A stretch of DNA of 64,000 nucleotides from the human T2T-CHM13v2.0 reference genome, Homo sapiens. A program made the translations under genes and the position numbers. Shown in pieces: positions 57,706 through 64,000 of the stretch (position 1 is its first letter; the number at the start of each line of letters is the position of its first letter). The notes beneath the pieces were generated by a model, which was not told where the DNA came from, made no database searches, and saw only the letters and a list, made by a program, of their open reading frames with translations. Where the stretch lies: the NCBI RefSeq assembly GCF_009914755.1, contig NC_060926.1; one strand, 5' to 3'.

Positions 57706-59348
57706 ATTATAGTTTTCCTTTCAACCTCTTGAGAGCTTTTAATTCCCAACATAGTTCTTAAAGTGTAATGAGATTATGACTTCAGGAATTGAAGTAGCAA
57801 TTATTTTTCATAATTATAGTTCATGTGACATTGTTTTTAAAAAGAAGTTTGGTTTATTTTACTTTAGTAAAAGTATGTGAGAAGACTAGAACTTTGAGTA
57901 TAGTTATTTCATGAGCTTAGGTGGTAATGTCATATGAAATCTAAATATGGCTTTTAAGCAAGTGTTTTTATTAAATTGCAGTCAGACTTTGAATGCTGAC
58001 AATAAGAATAACCTGTCTTTCTTTCTCTCTCTCCATTTATACCATCCCATTGGCTTTACCTTGATAAGTGAAATAAAAGCACTGATGGAATAAAGAAAAA
58101 CGAGAATTTATTACTTTTAGAATTGTGCAAAATTTGTCAGTGAAATATGAATATCTCGGAGGTTCAAGATGGTGCATAATCCAAAAATAATTTGAAATGT
58201 ATTATGTACATACATTTGGATAAGAATATAAGTGATTTTTTAAAAAAATCATCATACTAAGATTCTAAATGAAATAGTCAAGCTAAACTCTGTTCATCAT
58301 AACTCAGAAGTATTAAAGCCTGATTCAAGAGCAATTGGAAAGTGATTTCTAGTTATCTTGTCTTACTCTTCACCCTACTTGGTTGGAATAAATTCATCCT
58401 TCTCATTGCAGTACAACTCTAATTAATATCACAGTGACTATGTCAAAGATGACCACATGCAACGCGTATCTCAATATGCTCTTTGCTTTTTATAAATATA
58501 CTTTATTTTGTAATTTGTTTTTCATCCAAGTTCAGTGGAGATACTAAATATTTTGTTTAAATATTTCTTACTGGGTTTTATGTATAAGGCATAGTTAAAA
58601 TACATATAAAGTAAGGCAGATAGTTATAGGACTTTGGGCTTGTATAATATCAATATTATTTTCAAATTTTAAGTAAGTTAATAGCCCAGAGCTCAGTGGC
58701 ATAGAATACCTAGTAAACTTAAATGAAATATCAAATAGACAACAAGCTAACAAATCTAGTCCATTTTTTAATCATAACAAAACTTGTGGCAGGAGTCAAG
58801 TGATTCAAGGATTCTACTTTTTCAGGAGAAATTTTGTTCCTCAGTAATAAATTTGTCCATTGTTTGCTGTCAGAATTATTTGCATGAGTTTCTCAACATA
58901 CAGATGTTTTTATAACTAGTAACTCAGCTTCGTTGATGGTGTATAGTTAATACTTTTTATAGTTTTCTATGAAAAACAAAAGACAGCCATGAGAGTGATT
59001 TACATATATTTATCCTTTAGATGCTTAGTGATTGTCTTTCAACTCCTGACCAGTTGTTCTTTATCACATAAATCAGGGATCCACTAGAGCACATATCTTT
59101 CATTTATAATACCATGTTAATCCATTTGTCCATGTAAAAGAAATTTTTAAAAATGGAGATCTGCAGATCTGCAATTGAATTTGTTAAAGAATTCAAGAAA
59201 CACTTCTAGAAGATTTTCAGATTCCCACATGAATCAGAGTCTCATGGCCTCAAAAAAATGAATAGCTTTTGGAGCCATGCTTCTAACAATTTGTAATAAT
59301 CTGGAAGGTGCCATGGATTGAATTATAAACTTGTCATATTTTAATTAG

Positions 59349-59741
<393 letters not shown>

Positions 59742-59751
59742 CCTTATTACT

Positions 59752-60155
59752 TTATTTTTTACTGAGTTATTGAGATATAATTCATGTGGCATGAAATTCA
59801 CTCGTATACAATTCAGCAATTCAGTGGTTTTTAATATATTCATAGAGTTATGCACTCATAACCATTACTTAATTTCAGAACATTTTCATTACCCCAGAAA
59901 GAAGGCCCTACGCATTAGTTGTCACTCTCCATTACCCTCTGCCCCAAGCCTCTGGCAGCCATTAATATACTTTCCATTTTTATGGATTTGACTATCCTAG
60001 GTATTTCATATAAATGGAATTATAAAATATATGGCCTTTTGTAACCACCTTCTTTCACTGAGTATAATGGCTTTTAGGTTCATTTGTGTTGTGACATGTC
60101 AGCACTTCACTTTTTTATTGCCAAACAATATTCTATGAATATACCACATTTTTTA
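59752..60155 (-). mobile_element. L1MB 3' fragment
   Basis: TTATTGAGATATAATTCA...CAGAACATTTTCATTACCCC...TTTCATATAAATGGAAT. Confidence 0.82.
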
Positions 60156-60578
60156 AAAGTTTTATTATTAATATTTTTGACTGACAAATCATAATTGTAT
60201 ACATTTATGGGGTACCATGTGATGTTTATTTGGTTTTTGTACAGTACAATGTTATTACCTATGATTCTCATGGTACATTCGATCTCTAGACTTGCTCATT
60301 CTACATGATGCTATTTGGTATACTCTAACCTACATCTCCTCATTCCCTGCCACTGCCAAACTGTCCCCCAGCCCTGTCACTGGTAACCACAGTTTTGTTC
60401 ACTGTCTGTATCATTGAATTTTTATTATTATTGTTATTTATATCTCACAAATAAGTGAGATCATGCAATGTTTTTCTTTCTGTGTCTAATGTACTACACT
60501 TAGCATAATGTCCTCCGGGCTAATCTACATTGTGGCAAATGGCAAGATCCTGTTCTTTTTTAGAGCTGCATAGTATAG

Positions 60579-60614
<36 letters not shown>

Positions 60615-60712
60615 AGAGATTATGGTTTCTTTATCCATTCATCCATCTACAGACACTTAGATTGTTTACATATCTTAGCTATTGTGAATAATGCTGCAAT
60701 AAACATGGGAGT
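60156..60712 (-). mobile_element. L1MA 3' fragment containing (CA)n
   Basis: AATTGTATACATTTATGGGGTAC...AAGTGAGATCATGCA...GCTATTGTGAATAATGCTGCAATAAACATGGGAGT. Confidence 0.82.
60581..60609. repeat. (AC)14 microsatellite
   Basis: Perfect AC run. Confidence 0.95.
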
Positions 60713-60768
60713 CATTTTGTACAACTCACGCTACCCAATCCCGCATCCATGTATAGCTTCTCTAGGTA

Positions 60769-60812
60769 TTAGGTTGAACCATTTGAAATTGGCATTTTGT
60801 AGGTAAAAAGTA
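60769..60812. mobile_element. Half copy of a mariner-type MITE (MADE2-like)
   Basis: TA|TTAGGTTGAACCATTTGAAATTG...TTTTGTAGGT matches the recalled TIR; the second arm is absent. Confidence 0.5.
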
Positions 60813-61387
60813 ATATAATTTTATCATTTTGTATATCTAAGACTAATGTGCTGATTATGACACTTTTTGTCTTTTTTGACCAAAATATATTTTTGTGTGG
60901 ACCAACTTTGTTGGAAGAGAAAATGTCATCTATAGTAAATAAGGCAAAACAGTGTTCAGTGATTTTGGATATCATGATAATTTGTAAAATACTTACACAT
61001 CTGCCTATTTGATTTAGAATAACAAACTCAAGAATACTAGGGGAAAGCATAAGTATTATTTCTATTATAAATTTTTGAAAGTACAAATTTTAGTAAGTGT
61101 AGTCATATCTCTACAAAGGTCATTCCAAAATATTTTGGCCATGAGGCAGCATTAATTTGTCAAATTTTATTTTAAAAATCTAAAAATTATAATTTAGCAC
61201 ATTTTAATACCAAGAGAAGGCATGATTTATCAAACAAACTCTTTCTGAGCATTTAAAAGCTGATAGCCCCATGCTAGGTACTTTGCAGAATTCAAAGAGA
61301 GTAGGAGACAAGTCTCTATTTAAAATAAATTTACATCCTATAATAGAAATTATAAAACATATTGATTACAAAATATATGGCAAGGAA

Positions 61388-61697
<310 letters not shown>

Positions 61698-61839
61698 ATA
61701 TATGTGGCAAGGAGTCGCTTACAAATAAAAGGCAATATTTTTAAGAAAGACTGAATATATAGAATAGGGAAGACAATATGGAATACAAAAACTTCTCTTG
61801 TGTTTAGACATTCCAATTCATCCACTAGTGTGATTTTTC

Positions 61840-62145
61840 ATATTCAGTCATTTAAAAAACATGTTTGAGTGCCAGTACGCTCCAGGCACTGTTTTAGGTG
61901 CTTTGGATACCAGTGTCCCAAACATGTAAAAATGACTGCCCTCGTGGAACTAGCGGGGTGAAGTTAGAAGTAAATAAGAAAAGTTTATGCTATGATAAGT
62001 GCTATGGAAAAAAGTAAAATGCAGCAGGGAATGAAAAGCCATGGAAAGGGCATGGTTGCAACTTTCATTATGGTAGTTAGGAAAGCCCTGGTTGGAAGAT
62101 GATCTATGAGCAAAGGCTTTAAGGAGGTAAGGAAGATAAGTCTCC
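61840..62145 (-). mobile_element. L2 fragment
   Basis: ATTCAGTCATT...CCAGGCACTGTTTTAGGTGCT...CTGCCCTCGTGGAACT...GATAAGTGCTATGGA. Confidence 0.75.
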
Positions 62146-62317
62146 ATTATTCATTCCTGGAGAGTTTAGGTAGTCATACACAAATACGCAGACCAATATA
62201 TTTAGGGAATGAAATCAAAGTTATTTCAGAAGAGGCACAGGGGTGAATTAACTAAATTTGGGAGTATAGCTAAATCAGATTCTTAAAGATCAGGCATCTA
62301 CAATGAAGCAGATATGA

Positions 62318-62704
<387 letters not shown>

Positions 62705-63709
62705 TAATTTATTAAATGAAGTGTCTTGAAAAGGAAATCCTGTTTCCCACTTTTTTTCCATTCCCAGAACCTGTAAAGAGTCTGAAAAATATGTATGTGT
62801 GCCATCACAATTGATTGAATGGATGAATGGTGGTAATCCAAGGTCTAAAATACTGTCAGACAGAAGAAGGGTAAGGCAAGCATCAGTTTAGGCTTTTGGG
62901 CATAAATATGAAAAATCTAAAAATTCACAGAAGTATCTCAATTGTCGGTTGTCTTGTATTCTTAGAATATGACATACCTAAGGGCAGTAATTATGTTTCA
63001 CATATGGTACTTACTCCATGTTGGAAACAATTGGGAAAAAAAGAAAAGAAAAAGAGTGTACCAACTCATTCTCATGTACTGAACTAGGTATCCCTAAATA
63101 TTAAATGACCTCCAGAGAGTATTAAATGTTTTTGGAAGCTGTGCTATTTTTTTAGACTGACCAGGACCCTGTTATGTGCTTTCATGATAGAATATGATTC
63201 ATGTTCCCAGACATAAGTCTTAGGCATCATTTTTTATGTTCAGAAGTGAACAGAAGACAATACATTAAAATAAAGCATTCACTTTGAAAAATCACCTCAT
63301 TATCCAAAATCACTGAAGAAAAATAGACATTTAACAGGGAGATTATATTTAAAGGGGCATTTTTTTTTTTGCGGGTCGGGGGAAGAATTCTAACCAGTAT
63401 GTAGGATTCACTAAAACCTGAAATCTCTTGTGATTATTACCTGTGGTAGTCATACATTTTCAAAATGTGATTTATTCATTTTATAGCTACATACTGGGGA
63501 GAGAGGATGATGATGGTGGCAGCAACTGTCTTTTAGACATCAAAAAAAGCAGTATGACCCTATCTATAGATGAGTTAATCCAAAAGCATTGAATCATATA
63601 AACTGAATATTGAAAGAACAGTTTGGAAAGAAAATAAAAACAGTAAAATATGAAGGTCAAAATTCTAGCCACATTTACTGAGTAGTTTAGAAAGATTTTA
63701 AGAAATTTT

Positions 63710-63723
63710 GCGCCCTCCAGTGG
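63710..63723 (-). promoter_or_regulatory. Candidate CTCF core motif
   Basis: Reverse complement CCACTGGAGGGCGC has one mismatch to CCACYAGRGGGCGC and retains its CpG in AT-rich context. Motif match only. Confidence 0.45.
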
Positions 63724-64000
63724 TTGTTTTGGAATGAATTATTATCATTATTATTGTAATTTTTAATTTTACCTGGGCTTTCCATTTTCCAGCTTCATTG
63801 TTTTTGGTAACCCAGGAAAGTTTAACTTGTCTATACCTAGAAGGTGCCTTGGGAGACCGACTCAATTTGATTACCCAGTTTTATGCTTGCAGAAATAATG
63901 AGGCCAGTAATGATAAGAGTGCCTAGTATGTAATGATGAAGTTCAGGCTCAACAAGATAGGTTCACAAAAGGGCAATCATGCTTGATTTATCTGATTGCC

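Overview
AT-rich, CpG-depleted primate (most likely human) non-coding DNA, intronic or intergenic. I recognise no protein-coding exon, RNA gene or CpG island, and no prokaryote-type system such as CRISPR or an operon. The ORF track is explained by Alu, LTR, L1 and low-complexity sequence, apart from two real but decayed Tigger1 transposase fragments. Content: about 20 Alus (J, S, Y), a near full-length Tigger1 with an Alu inserted plus a separate Tigger1 left-end fragment, two THE1D/MSTA-type solo LTRs, an ERV1-type LTR, MLT1 remnants, MER5A, MER63A, MADE1, a probable half MADE2, and L1M, L2 and MIR remnants. Best leads: a 68-bp-arm quasi-palindrome in a TA/CA tract, a convergent pair of CTCF-like motifs about 60 kb apart, a THE1D LTR with TATA box and splice donor upstream of a well-formed orphan exon (possible LTR-driven lncRNA), and several close inverted Alu pairs. 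I see no convincing evidence of a previously undescribed system; these leads are hypotheses. Repeat subfamilies are called from memory of consensus sequences, and boundaries of old repeats are approximate.
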